Shown: positions 49,601 to 62,585, counted from the whole stretch's first letter. The stretch: 63,541 nucleotides of DNA, filler included, from Rhabdomonas costata (GCA_019059605.1; 39 parts of 39 records of this genome joined end to end with filler, not necessarily neighbours in it); one strand, 5' to 3'. Notes: a model not told the origin generated them from the letters alone. A program made the numbers and translations.

Positions 49601-50767
49601 GTATCCGCCAGCCGGCGTGCGTTAGAAGCCCAATCCTGGTTTCACCACCGACCGTTTTGTGAAAGCCACCAGCCTTATCCACTGGAATCGACCCCAAACC
49701 CGTTCCACTGCGGTCTCTTTGCCTTTGCGTTTGTTGCGCAGACTGCACCCCTGCGTTCAGTTCGTATAATACAGGTGTTCCTTTGAATTGAGGAGTTACA
49801 GCAGGCCAGAAAACCGGTGCCGCGGTTGACGGTGAGGGATGATGAACTACGGGGACCGTTACAAACCCCACGATCCCTTCGCACTAACGATTTCAGAGTT
49901 CTAGTGGTGGCTGGGTAACAGCTGAAGAAAGAAGGTTGCCGCCTTCTGGATGCATGCACATTCAGGCAAACGAAACCACTCTGCATCACCAATGCCAGAA
50001 AGTTGGGTTTCGTCATTCCATCCATATGGAGGGGGGTACCCGTTTAGCGAACGAGAGGGCTGCCTTTTTTTTTCTGGAAAAATGACCGTTTACCACGTTT
50101 ACCACTTAAACGTCCTGAACCGTTTTTTTAGCTCCTCTTCCACGTCCTCCAAACTTCGTCCCACCTCCACATGCACACGGTATTCCTGCACGTGCACGGG
50201 TGAATTCACGAGGATGGAAAATCCCGAAGGAAGTCTCTCAAAAGGTTCGGAAAAATGTACTCTCCTCCTCCATTGAATGCAGCCTGAAGCCTTTCATGAT
50301 AAAAAAGAACAGTAGATCCCTACAATAAGAACATGATGAGAGAAAAGACACAAATTACGTAAAGAACGCATCCGAAATTCCCCTCCTTTTATTCCTCTCT
50401 GCCTTTTGTGTGGCTCTTCCATGTGGGGGACCAGTGCCGCTGGACATTCACTATGTTGTTGTCGCGGAAAACCTCTCTAAAAAACCCCNNNNNNNNNNNN
50501 NNNNNNNNNNNNNNNNNNNNNNNNNNNNNNNNTTAATTAATTAANNNNNNNNNNNNNNNNNNNNNNNNNNNNNNNNNNNNNNNNNNNNGTATTGCCGATG
50601 CTTATGTGATTAAAGCCTCGCAGTCCCCCGTTTTTTGTGTGTACAAGCTGTCTAACAGTTTCCACGTTTGATGTAAATTATTTTTTCCTTCCGTACAATG
50701 TGTACACCATTTTGGTGTTGATTGAAGTAGTTTCACTTTTTTTTCTGTGCGCTTGCCTGCGGCACAG

Positions 50768-51833
50768 GCCGAGGAGCGGAAGATGCGGCAGCGGGCCCAA
50801 GCCCTGGCCGCGGCGCGCCGTGAAGAAGCCTTGGAGAGGGTTGCCATGGCCGAGGAGGCATGCCGGAATCCCTTTGGACCTTTTTTCCTTTTCTTAATCG
50901 TGAAACGTAAGCAGTAAATGCGTGCTGCATTCAGTTCTTTAACTTTGCGCGCTCGCAGCGGTGCACACGCGGACCCGTATGTTTGGAATCGCGCATGGTT
51001 TAGGTAGCTCCAAGCTGGCATCTGATCCTGAAAATGCGGCAACACTCGGACACTTCTTGGTCTACCCTCTCCCCATTCGGTCGCATCCGGTGGATGTTAC
51101 CGTCGCGAAAGATACCTTCGCGTATGTGCTGCAGGGTGCATGTGTAATGGATTCCCAGGACCGTGTGGAGGCCACGATGGAGAAGGAGGTTCAGCGTGAA
51201 ATCCGCTCTGAAGAGCTGCAGCTGCAGAAGGAGGCACAGCGCAGGCTGCACGCCGAGCAGAGGAAACTGCAGCTGGCGGAGCGGAAGGAGAACGTGGAGA
51301 GGATCCGGAAGGCTCGCCCCCCCCCCCAACTTCTCTCTCTGTCTCGGCGTGCGTCCTCACTGCACGATGGAACTGGCGTGATCGGCCTTTCAACTTTCTC
51401 TCGGAAAGTCAAGGAGACGAAGAGTGCCGTGTGAGTCTTTGCGTGAGGAAAGTATCATCACCTGAGGGATGTGGCAGCAGCACATGCGTTCACCGGGCAG
51501 CAGGGCGTCCATTTTTGGCGAATTCCGATTTGCTGAATTGTCAGTCTCAGTAGTCTTCTCATATGCGTCTCATCAGTCATCCAGCGGGTTCTTATTCCTT
51601 TTCCTCATGGTTTTACCCATGAGGCTCCCCCTTCTCTGCGCAACTTCACATATCTTATGTTTGTTCCTCATGTTTGTGGGTGCATCTGTTTCCGACAGGT
51701 CTTTGACTACCGTAGCTTTGGCATCCTGAGCCAGATTGAGCAGAAGAACCAGCGGGTGGAACTTCTGCAGCAGCAGCGGAAGGAGATCCAGCGCCGCCGC
51801 AGGGAGCGCGCTCAGGCCCTTGCCGCAGCCAGG
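50768..51833 (+). CDS. Coiled-coil protein, three exons, with at least one probable GC-AG intron
   Basis: Exons 50768..50839/50857, 51159..51311 and 51699..51833: AEERKMRQR...|DRVEATMEKE...ENVERIRK|VFDYRSFGILSQIEQKNQRVELLQQQRKEIQRRRRE. Confidence 0.75.
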
Positions 51834-52720
51834 GTGGTGGTGGTCCCCTCCACGCCGGGCCCAGCCGATACCCTGGGTCTGTGTGTCTGTGTGTCTGTGA
51901 CAGAGTGTGCGAGTGAGTTTGTGTGCCCATCGGTTCGCTGTTGTATTTCTTGCATCTCGCATTTATCCCTCCCCCCTCCCACCGCACACACACACACACA
52001 CGTATCAGTTGTCGCTTGCCCCAGGAGTGCGATGCTGGCACGGGATATCATGCAAGTTCCAAGCGGACCATCGAGTTTCGCAAGAAATCAAAGCCCCTAT
52101 GCTAGGGCCAACAAAAACCNNNNNNNNNNNNNNNNNNNNNNNNNNNNNNNNNNNNNNNNNNNNTTAATTAATTAANNNNNNNNNNNNNNNNNNNNNNNNN
52201 NNNNNNNNNNNNNNNNNNNGTTTTGGTGTTACTCCTTCATCCCACCTCTCTACTATTTTCTTGATGTTCCAGGCCGCCAATGCTACTGTTTTTTCAATTT
52301 GTTTACGATGGACCTTCAGCAGCTCTCCTCTTGCCTTGCTCACTTGTTAACTTGATGAATTGCCACGAGAGGTCACTTCTCTAAAAAAAAAACTTGTCCT
52401 TTTCTCTTCTCGGTTGATGGTCCTGTGCTCCTTTCTACACCATTTCACCTGCTTTTGTACATAGTGCACTTTTGGAACTCGCCCTGTAATGAACACTTTT
52501 AGTTGTGCTGCAAAACAATTCTGGAGGTTGCCTCCCAGTGTCTACACATCATTCCACAAAAAACCTTTTCATTTTCTAAAATCTCTCGCATCAAAACGCC
52601 AGTCGAAAAGGAAATTTAGGAAAATTTATTGACAAATTTACTATCACCAGTAACAAAAAGGCGATGAAAGATGTTCAGCGCACAGAAAAAATTGCTCAGA
52701 GGCGACAGAATTTAGGTCCT

Positions 52721-53750
52721 ATGCACATCATTGTGGGTTTTTTCGTGATTGCTGCGCTTCTTGGCAGTGGAAGTGCAGAGGTTTCGGTAACCGTGAATGG
52801 GGTGAGTGTTCAATATCCTTCTTCCTTGAAAACTCCTGGATGGGTGAACGACTCCGCTGACTTCAAGCTCTCATTGGGAAAGGTAATTTTGCTGTTTTGC
52901 ATGTGCCTTTCAGGTTTCATTTCCCTTCTTTTCACGTTTTGTTTTGGTTTTCATTTCCCGACTTGGGGAGCAACCAAAATTGCAAGAAATTTTTCTTTTT
53001 CACACTTCAAGTGTGTAATTTTTTGTGGCGATCTTCCAGGAGCTGAAAACCTCTCCGGAGCAGGCTGTTTTAGAGTTTTCGACCCCAGAGGGTGAGAACG
53101 TGTACTTCCCCTTCGTTCTGAAGAAGCAGATTCTTCACGTCTTTGTGGTGCGCCGTGTGTTTGGTTCCATTTTTTGACTCAATTGATTCTGGTCTTTTTT
53201 TGGCAGGACAGTGTTTAGAATTTCACCAACCACTCCTCTCACTTTTTGTTGTAAAACTACGGTACTGATATAAATTCGTGTCATTTTTCTCAGGACATTG
53301 CAAAGGACCTGGAGACACCCTGCGCCTATGTCCGCTCGCCTGAAGTGGAATACACTGTTCGAATTTATCTCAGCGATGACAAAGTATTGGAAACGCCCTT
53401 GAAGTGGGACTTGGGAAAGGTTCATTTGACGCGCACAACTGTAAATTAATGTAAAATTGTTATTCAATATTTTTTCTTTTTTTTTTACTTTCTCTTTGGC
53501 TCACAGCTTCGAGTTGAGGTCAAGCCCAACCAGGCTTTGCAGCAGAAGTGTGATCACTCCGAGGAACGTTTGTGGAAGCCAAGAAGCGAGTTTACCCACC
53601 AGTTCAGGTACGTGTTATTATGCACTCTTTAACATCACTGCGGAACCGGTACTGTTTGTTTGGCAATTGCCTTAACGCAGTTTGTCCGTTCAAAACAACA
53701 TTGTGACAACTTTCTCAGGCCTCCGGCACCTCGCGCACCAACGATGGTCG
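52721..53750 (+). CDS. RPN2: Oligosaccharyltransferase subunit ribophorin II/Swp1 (short form), five exons
   Basis: Exons 52721..52882, 53040..53147, 53294..53419, 53507..53607 and 53719..53750, all in frame. Signal peptide, PEQAVLEF, YTVRIYLSD...PLKWDLGK, and WKPRSEFTHQFRPPAPRAP (cf. PKPEIxHxFRxPEKRPP). Confidence 0.85.
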
Positions 53751-56324
53751 NNNNNNNNNNNNNNNNNNNNNNNNNNNNNNNNNNNNNNNNNNNNTTAATT
53801 AATTAANNNNNNNNNNNNNNNNNNNNNNNNNNNNNNNNNNNNNNNNNNNNGGGGTTGGTTATATCTGTCTTGGCATACCCTTTATATATTTTGCCACCTC
53901 ACTTACTGCCATCGAAGCGAGCCGGCTCTTTTGTTGACGTTTCGGTGGTTTGCCTCCTGCTTGCGGAAGAGGTCCTTGGGATACCGCGGCTCTGCATATG
54001 TGAAAGATTTGGAAAACGTACATTACAGCTTGGCGATGTTGACACATGATTGGGTACGTATGTTCGTATGTGAATTATCTTCCTTTCACTTTCGATGGGG
54101 GCCGTTGGATTTGTTCCACCGTTATCCCACAAAGAGTGGCTAAGCGAATGATTGTATTCCCTTCTGGTTGATTTAACATTTGGAGCTGCATGCTCGGTAG
54201 AATGAGCAACACACCTTGCAGCGCGCACGGTGCTTGGTACCAAAACTGAAAGAGGCATCGTTTTATTAAACACAGCCTGTGAAAGGTTACGGCACGGAAG
54301 TATCGCTGGTTGGTGGCGTGTTTGCGCGAACACCTCTGACGACGTTACAGCGGGCACCATCATAGACAATTTGGTGGTTGAAAACCGGTTGTTCTCGCGG
54401 AGGATTTTGCGATCTTCCAACACGACCAACACGACGCCTCTGTGCAAATAACAGCCGGGGTACAAAATGTGGACAAGCAGAGGTTGCAAAAGCCGGTCGC
54501 CCCAAACGAAAAAGGAACACCCGCGATAGAACTAATGGCGCCAACCCTCCATGTCACTGTGTTTCAAAACTTGGCTATCAAGAAAAAAAACGACAGGTGA
54601 CCCGCCCACCGCTTGTTTCGTTAAACCCTGCGCTTTTTTTGTGCATTGTACATTTTGCCTGCCTTTTTTGTGGAAAGTTTGCTTGCTTTTGCCTCCGTTT
54701 CTGTTCCGTATTTTTCGCCACGTGGCGCAAACCTGTGGACATTTTTTTTTGGCTGCTGGGCCATTTGCGCTATGAAAACCTCCGCGCAAGAAGCATTTTC
54801 ATGGCACCAGATTTCGAAACAATCCCTTGAATAGGTACGTTTTTTGTGTTGCTGTTCCGGCTGCTGTCAACAACGGTATTCGTCAAAAGCACGATCACTT
54901 GAAATAGCCGGGGGAAAGCTTTTCCTTATTCATCCGTGTCCGTTAGCGCCCCATTTCCTATAGAAGAATTGGGACGCTATCAAATGCCGGAGGATTTGTG
55001 TGTTTGCAGTCGATGGGTTCTTCGTTCTGTTGAGGCTTCCGGGTTTCCATGCCATATGGCCTGAAATTTTCACGCTATTTAGGATTAAAGCCTTTAATCC
55101 TAAATAGCGTAATAAGCCGGAAAATTGTCGGATGAAGTAGCGATTGATCGTTCGTTTGAGTCCCTGTCCTTTTCTTCCACGCAAACGCTCTATTCCACGG
55201 CCGCAGCATGTATTGGCGAATTTTGCCGCGGTGGACGGGATGCCTCATACACATATTAGTGCGCATATGGACGATGTTTTTTGGCCCTTGGTATGTGACC
55301 TTTGGGGCGCCGGGTTCTTGTTAAGCATGTATTGTGATAGCTCCGAACGCTTGCGTTTTGGGGCCGTTTTGTACGCGCATTTNNNNNNNNNNNNNNNNNN
55401 NNNNNNNNNNNNNNNNNNNNNNNNNNTTAATTAATTAANNNNNNNNNNNNNNNNNNNNNNNNNNNNNNNNNNNNNNNNNNNNAACCCGAATACATGATAC
55501 CCTACTACGGCATGCCTCGTATCTCGACATGCCTACGTGTCTGAGAATTCAATACCACCCAAGATGATACCCTGATTGAGAGATGCCCCGGCACCTTCCA
55601 CCTGGGGGATGTCTAAGCGTAGGAACCCACATGATGATGATACTGGTGTCGAGAAGAGGGGTGCCGGGGCGTAAAAAGACCACGTATAATCCACTTGAAG
55701 ACCTACTACCCCACTCACTGCGGTGCCTAAGATGCCAATACCGACTCCGTGATGACCTTCTCTAGCGCTCAGGGCATCATGTCGTACCTAGAGATGATGC
55801 CTAAACCCACCCAGTGGTATTCCGCTACGGCTACGCCCGATCGGAGTGAGCGTGTAGCGAACGGTGAGACAATCAGAGTCGAGGGAGGGACGTAAGGACC
55901 CACCGAGGGGACCGAGGGGTGAGATGTCTTGAAGTCGGTCGATGCTGCGCATCTCCCTCCTAAATGTCTTGGTCGCTCAGTCACTGCGTTCCTTCGCTCC
56001 TACAACCTACTCTTCATGGTCGTCGTCGCTGCGCTCCTCCTTCCTTAACCCCAATACAGAACCCACAATGATATCCAAACAGAGAACACCACCAAGAATG
56101 CTTGAAATACCTACCTATAACCCACTTAGCCCTGGTGGGCCGTTGTAATCCATTGTCAAGGGGAGACCCGAGCCAGAGAATGTTTCTTCTTCTCTCTTTC
56201 TCTTTTTTTTTTTGGGATTCCCTCGAATTTTCTATTTGACCTTTCTTCGCTCGAAGTGGCGCTGGAATTCTTGCCGGTTCAATTGTCGTCGTTTTATGGC
56301 CCGAGTCCCAGTTCACATACTCGC

Positions 56325-56769
56325 GTACATATATGTGGCATAACTTCGGTATTGGACCCACCTAGAAGGCCATCACGAAGGAAAGTGTCCACAGCGAACA
56401 TGGTCTAGTAGTGTCAAAAAAAAAGGGTCAGCAGTGTCAGAAAGGTTATCTCCTTTGATTCTCCCACAAAAGGTGATCTTTGACGCCCACACGAGCATTC
56501 ATTCAACGTCAGGTCACTCACAAGACAGGACCATCACAAGTAGGGCAAGAGGAAACAATGTTCCCCAACTTCCCCAACAGGCCATATTTTGACAGGAAAG
56601 CAGTAAGTGTCTCACGATCCCTACACAAACCCTCAAAGTCAAAGAAAGAAAACATATTCTGTGAGAAGGCAAAGCTCCCTAACCTGCACGTGCGTGCCCC
56701 CCCACCCTGTGCGAGAAAACTTTGTTCCCAAGGTGGGTCCAATACGGAAGTTAACCCATGTATGTGTAC
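56325..56769 (-). mobile_element. Merlin/IS1595-like DNA transposon remnant with 38-bp inverted repeats
   Basis: IR arms 56325-56362 and 56732-56769 (32/38 identical) enclose MFSFFDFEGLCRDRETLTAFLSKYGLL...CPTCDGPVL / frameshift / ECSCGRQRSPFVG...FLTLLTLF, a Zn-ribbon-type transposase N-terminus. No TSD found. Confidence 0.5.
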
Positions 56770-57645
56770 CAATTTGCGTTGGCACACCGGTAGAAGTAAT
56801 CCAAGCGGTAACCCCGCAATGTGCCAATTAAATTGCTTTTTTTTGTTACAAGCTTTTAGGAGCAGCAGTTTCTTTTCTCTAGTCCCGTTTTAATGGCGAG
56901 TGCTGACAATAGCCTTGACCTTGATAGTCTTCCAACCACCGATCTGAAGAGCAAGAACCCTGAAACCTCGCCGCCACCCCCCCCGCTGGCACCCCTAGAT
57001 TTGGAAAACCCACNNNNNNNNNNNNNNNNNNNNNNNNNNNNNNNNNNNNNNNNNNNNTTAATTAATTAANNNNNNNNNNNNNNNNNNNNNNNNNNNNNNN
57101 NNNNNNNNNNNNNTGTGTGGTTGAAATTGTGGTGTCATCTCCTTTTTTTGGGGGGGGGGGGGTATTCTCAGTTGAAGGAAGGGGAGCAGGGAAGCAGCTA
57201 GCGGAGTGAATTGAGAGTTGGGTTGTGGCTAGGTGCCTGGTCGTTGACATCTGTATTTGTTCATCTGAGTTGTGGGCACCCACGTAAGCCTCCAGCAGCT
57301 GCGGCCAACAAGCTGCGCAAGAATATTCAGTACCTCATAGCGGCTTTTTTCCTCATGGCCGCTGAAGGAAGAGAGTCTGGAGGCGAAGGATAAGCGTGCA
57401 TTCGTTTTGCTGTACTTCCGGTTGAGCCCCAGCTGGTGTGAACCGTAGCCTTTGGAAACCAGAATTTGTTTCAGCCCCGCAGGCTGGTCGTTTTTTATTT
57501 CGAACTTCCATTCACCCTGAACTTCTGGAAATTATTTCGAAGCGAATTCCTCCTTGTGGGCTTTTTCGCATCTCAGTCCTTTTTTTGCGGTTCTCGTTCA
57601 CCTCTCAACCGCTCTTCTCCCTAAACCAAAATGCCAACTCTGCAG

Positions 57646-57832
57646 GTCATTATCTCCTTGGTCGCTGCACTTTCTTCCGAGACTAGTGTCACGCTTAAGC
57701 TGTACGTTCACGACAAAGCATTGGCGGGTGCCGCTGCGGGCTTGGCTGGAGAAACCGTGGTCACCATAGCCCCTGGCTCCATGGGCCCAATCAACGCGCT
57801 GGTTAGCGTGGACCCGGACGCCCAGCAGGCTG
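57646..57832 (+). CDS. Hypothetical protein exon (beta-sandwich-like)
   Basis: ctgcag|VIISLVAALSSETSVTLKLYVHDK...VVTIAPGSMGPINALVSVDPDAQQAG|gtattc. Confidence 0.45.
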
Positions 57833-58389
57833 GTATTCTCCCATCCGTTGTGCACCGTCACACAAAGAGAAGAGAGGAATACGTTTCATCTGGTTCATTG
57901 GTTCAGTGTCGCGCGGGTGCTCTTTCATGTTCAACAGAGAGCTGTAGAGAAATGGGTTCTTGACATTGCTCCTGTCCAACCGGAATGCCGAATGAGACTC
58001 ATATGATGTCCTTGTCTGAGGCCCGTGCTCTCCAACCGAGTGAAAAAGAAACGCTGCAGCTTACGGCTTCAGCACCCCTGCTGACAGTTACCATGTTCCA
58101 CAGGTAGAACGGCTTCCCAGATGGTGTACCCTGCGCACTACCTCTCGGTGTTGAGTGACCAGGTCATGACCACGCAGGTCCCTGAATATGGTGATGGGGC
58201 ACCCTACTTTAACTTGGACATCACCCAGCCTTTGAATGTGAAGCTGAAGCCTCGCTGACTTCGTGAAGCGATACGACATTTCTATTGTACTTTTTCAAAA
58301 AAGGGATATGTGATCAGTCCATCATTCCTTTTTTTGTGTGTTTCCCTGTTGTTCGGGGGATGACCGGTTGTCCGCTCCTGTCGTCGGCA

Positions 58390-58639
58390 TGGTTTTTAAA
58401 GAACGCTTTTGACGTTGTGAATCGATTTCTTATCTTGCCCAAGGGCACAGAACTTTTTGGGATTTGGGAATTGTTGAGTGGATTTCGCTGCCCTAACGTA
58501 TATGTGAATCCTGTCCTTCGTGTCCTTCAGCCTGGCACCGTTTACTTAACTTCGGCGCTGCCCTAATCCCAAAAAGTTCTGTGCCCTTGGGCAAGATAAG
58601 AAATCGATTCACAACGTCAAAAGCGTTCTTTAAAAACCA
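58390..58639. repeat. Perfect 75-bp inverted repeat at contig end
   Basis: 58390-58464 is the exact reverse complement of 58565-58639. Confidence 0.92.
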
Positions 58640-58893
58640 CACCACNNNNNNNNNNNNNNNNNNNNNNNNNNNNNNNNNNNNNNNNNNNNTTAATTAATTA
58701 ANNNNNNNNNNNNNNNNNNNNNNNNNNNNNNNNNNNNNNNNNNNNGTGTGTATCAGGGTGCACGATGTGCACACAAGTGCTAGAGTTCTCTCTGTGTTTT
58801 ACTCAGACTGTGTGCCATTACCTCTCCTTTTCATTTGATTGAATCCATGATCCCTTACTTTCTTTTGCTTGCTTATTTTTCGCTTCTCTGCAG

Positions 58894-59008
58894 GCACATG
58901 TGGTGGGAAATGTGTGATGATATCACACTGCAGCGCATCAACGACTTCTTCGCAACTGCGGACACAGCCCGCAGGGATGCCGCGGTTCACGGCGATTTTG
59001 TGCACTAG
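58894..59008 (+). CDS. Putative terminal exon, possibly an alpha/beta-hydrolase C-terminus
   Basis: Polypyrimidine tract + ctgcag|, then HMWWEMCDDITLQRINDFFATADTARRDAAVHGDFVH* (cf. GHxxxxE...IxxF). Confidence 0.35.
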
Positions 59009-62000
59009 AAGGGTGGCTGTTCTTCGCCTAAAACGTTCCGTGGGTATTCCAGTGGCAACTCAAAGTGGGAACCGAAAAATTGACTCAACAAGATACGAAG
59101 GACTCACGTGGAGACGGGCGCTTTCCCTTGTTGTCGCACGATGAGTTGACACGGAACTTTTACAGCGTTTCGGAGCTATATAAGCCACTGTGATTGACAC
59201 TCCTCAGTACTGGTTCTCAGCTTGGCTTCACTCTTTGAATGCTGCGCGAGTGGTGGGGGTGCGCTTTGGGTGTGAAAGATTCCCCGGTTCAGTAAAAAGG
59301 ATTCCAGTTCCTGTTTATTTATAATTGATGCTGGGCTGCGTTGAAAACTCAGTGTCAGTGCGATCGGGCGCGCACTCACACACGCACAAGACACACACCA
59401 GCGCCACCGCCAGCCCGCCTCTGTACATGATGCCCTCCAGTACTTTGTTTTTTGCCGATTGGTTTTTTATCGTTTCTGATTGGGTTCTCCCGTTGTCCTC
59501 GTTCCCAAAACCGGGGATCCGAGGTCCTTTTGAAACCCACCATGTCTTTGGAAGCGGACAGAAAGTTTCAAGGCAGCGCCGCCGAGACCCGCAAGTATTA
59601 AATAAGGCCTTCAATGCCGGAAGGGCAGGAAAAGCCGTTGAGTATAGTATTCTGGTTCGTTTGATGGTTGTCCCCGACGGCCCCTTCTGGTTCCGTTTGC
59701 GCCCGGGTTTTCGGCCCGGCCCCGCTCTGTAAAAACCCTTTGCTCTCCTGTTGTGCTTTCTTTTGTGTACCGATGGTTCCCGTTTTTCGCCCCTGGGTGG
59801 ATCACACCTTGTCTTCCTGGTCGGGTTGTCCGGGGCTTCCTGGCCCCCCTCCGTCGCCTTTTAGGGTATTCCAAAATTTCCGTGTAGGCAACGTGTTCTT
59901 TTGTACTTAGGTGCCCCATTTCGCAACAAACCAAAACCCTCGAGAGATATGGGAAGAAACGGCTCCCACAGACCAAACCGGAAGAAGGCCCGAATTGGTA
60001 CCACAAAAGCGGCAGCGTAAAACCATGACCCCCTTCATCTGTCCGCCTCCCCCCGGTTGGCAATAAGCCGGGGGGAAACACCGCAAACCCGGATCCCCCG
60101 TCCAGGCCTTCTGCCTTTCGGCGCCTATTTTTGGTGGTTATCAGATTCACCGGCTAAATGCTTTCTGTACGGAATGGAATGGAATGGAATTGGTAACACA
60201 CCTTTGGATGCAGGCATTTACACCCAAAAAAAATTCCCCTATATATAGCGCTTCCAAAGGTGTGTTACCAACCCCACNNNNNNNNNNNNNNNNNNNNNNN
60301 NNNNNNNNNNNNNNNNNNNNNTTAATTAATTAANNNNNNNNNNNNNNNNNNNNNNNNNNNNNNNNNNNNNNNNNNNNGTTTGTGTTTATTCTTTTTACGT
60401 GTGCGTGTTGTTGTTTTTGTTTGAGGAGGAGAAGTTGCTGTAAGTGTTGTTGTAGGTGTCACTGTTGGATGTACGGTAGGTGGTGTGGTGTTGGCTAAGG
60501 TGGTGTGTAGTGTGGTTGTGTGCTAATTGGTGTCACTGTTGCTGCTAGTTGGTGTGTCGTGCTGTGTTATGTTGGCGTATGGTGCTTTGTGCTCATTCTG
60601 TGTGTTGTTGGCTGCTTTTTGTGTTGGTGTTGTGTCTCTCGATGTGTGAAGTTTTTGTGGTGTCGTTGTCTCAAATTTTGTCTCCTGTCGGTGTGTGTCT
60701 CTGCCTCCTGTTGTCGTGCGCTTCATCTGTCTGTTTCTACGTCGCGTGTTGTTGGTTTTTGTGTCCTGACATTGCCGTGTGTGATGACATTTCTGTGTGA
60801 CATTGACATTTGCATCACTTTCCTGTGGTCTGTGTGTGTTGAATCAGATGACGTTTCTTGCCTCTGTGTGTTTAATGACATTGGTGACTCTGCTGGAATT
60901 CATTACATTATCGTGGGTTGTTGTCTCTCTCGACATCAGCAGGTGTGCAAAGGTGAACTCTATGCCATGACGTGTATCATGAACCAGGCGCAACTATGGT
61001 GGGAGTTTCATCTACTGATGCTGAAGTGAGTGTTGTCATAATATTTTGGTGTTTAAGGAGGGTTTTAATGCGCTTCTGATGGCCTTTGTGTGTTGGAAGT
61101 AAGGGTGCTGGTATCTGTGTTGGCTTCGATTTCATGACACTGATGCGCACGTTGATGGTGATAGGGATGGTGGTAGTGATGATTGTGTTATTCATGACGC
61201 TAATGTTGGTGGAATGCATGGTGGTGGTAATGGTGATAAGGTGAGACCTTCCAATGTGAGAAGTGAACCATCATCATGACTCCTTCACTTCAATGCCACA
61301 ATTACTACGCACGAATCCATCCAATTCTTACGCATGATGTCATGATACCGATTCCTACCGATGGTAGCTAAGCGTAACCACGATGTAAGTCTAAGGCTGC
61401 TGCTAAACCCAAACGGAGGTGAATAGTGAAATGGAGGCCTAGATTTGTTCGTAATGCGCAAACGTATTTTGTTCGTCTTCAGCGCATCTACTCTTCCTCA
61501 CTTCATCTTTACGACGTGCTGACTTGCAGCTCTCTTCATTTATCCTTCCATCACAACTAACAATCGCAACGCTCGTGTTTGTGGGGCCACTTTAGATTAG
61601 TATACGTACCTCTATATGCTGAAACCAGTACCCCGGTCTGGGCCACCATCGCTGTTCTAGTGTGTCCAATTTCTACGTATCCAGTCACGCAAAGAGGAGT
61701 GCGCTGAGCCCAACTGTTGTCTTTCATCTGAATTGCCCCATACTTCTGCATGACACAATGTGTGACTCATGCATCCGTTTAGTAAGATGAGGGTAAAGGC
61801 AAAGACGATACCCAGCTGTGTGTGTAAATGGGCACGGCGCACACTCTCACCACAACGCCCGTCGTGTTGTCCAGCACAAACAGCAGCACCGTAAACGCTC
61901 CAAAAAAACNNNNNNNNNNNNNNNNNNNNNNNNNNNNNNNNNNNNNNNNNNNNTTAATTAATTAANNNNNNNNNNNNNNNNNNNNNNNNNNNNNNNNNNN

Positions 62001-62585
62001 NNNNNNNNNGGTTTTTGGGTATTTCGATCGTGTCGATTATCACTAGTATCACCCCATTTGTGCAGGTGCGTTGGCTTTGAGCAAGTAAGAGATGCGCATT
62101 TTTTATGGAAAAGTCATGATCGGCCTTGGAAGAGTTAAAAGTATATGTTGTCGCCTGAACAGAAAATATTTCAGATTTTCTTCCTCAAGGGTGGGTTTAT
62201 TGTGTCGTGGATAGACAAGAAACAGAGAAGGGAGAGATGAAGATGTCGCCCGCAACCTGAGGTTTGGATGAGTCGTGGGTCCCCTTTCAATCTGGGCTGG
62301 GAGAAAAAACAGCAATTAACAGCTGAGCATGCATGGTTGTCCTTTCTCCACCTACATGAGATTTTTTTTACCGAAAGAAGTCACAGCATTGCGGCTGGAA
62401 GTTCTTGCAGACGCAGGGTCAGTACCAAACGACCGATTATACAAGAAGGTGAAAACAACTTAGATGCCATGACGCTGAAACTTGAAACAAGGGGGAAGAC
62501 TGAGGACTGTCCTGAACAAAAACCTCGACCTGAACCACCTCCATAAGTTTTTGAGTTATTATATGAATTATTTGCTTTGTTTCAG

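Noticed and set aside
22857-53750. Euglenid-type non-conventional (non GT-AG, end-paired) introns
   Set aside because: Every junction I could reconstruct was explained by GT-AG or GC-AG borders. Others cannot be identified without transcripts.
55483-56150. Box C/D snoRNA cluster suggested by several ATGAT/TGATGA motifs
   Set aside because: No consistent C-box/D-box pairs with plausible spacing, and no guide sequence I could recognise.
60378-61250. Cys/Val-rich membrane-like ORFs (also 16323-16601)
   Set aside because: They are products of G/T-skewed low-complexity DNA at contig starts, possibly favoured by G/T primers.
1534-62009. Regularly spaced identical TTAATTAATTAA repeats resembling a CRISPR-like or periodic array
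   Set aside because: They are N-flanked artificial six-frame-stop linkers between contigs.
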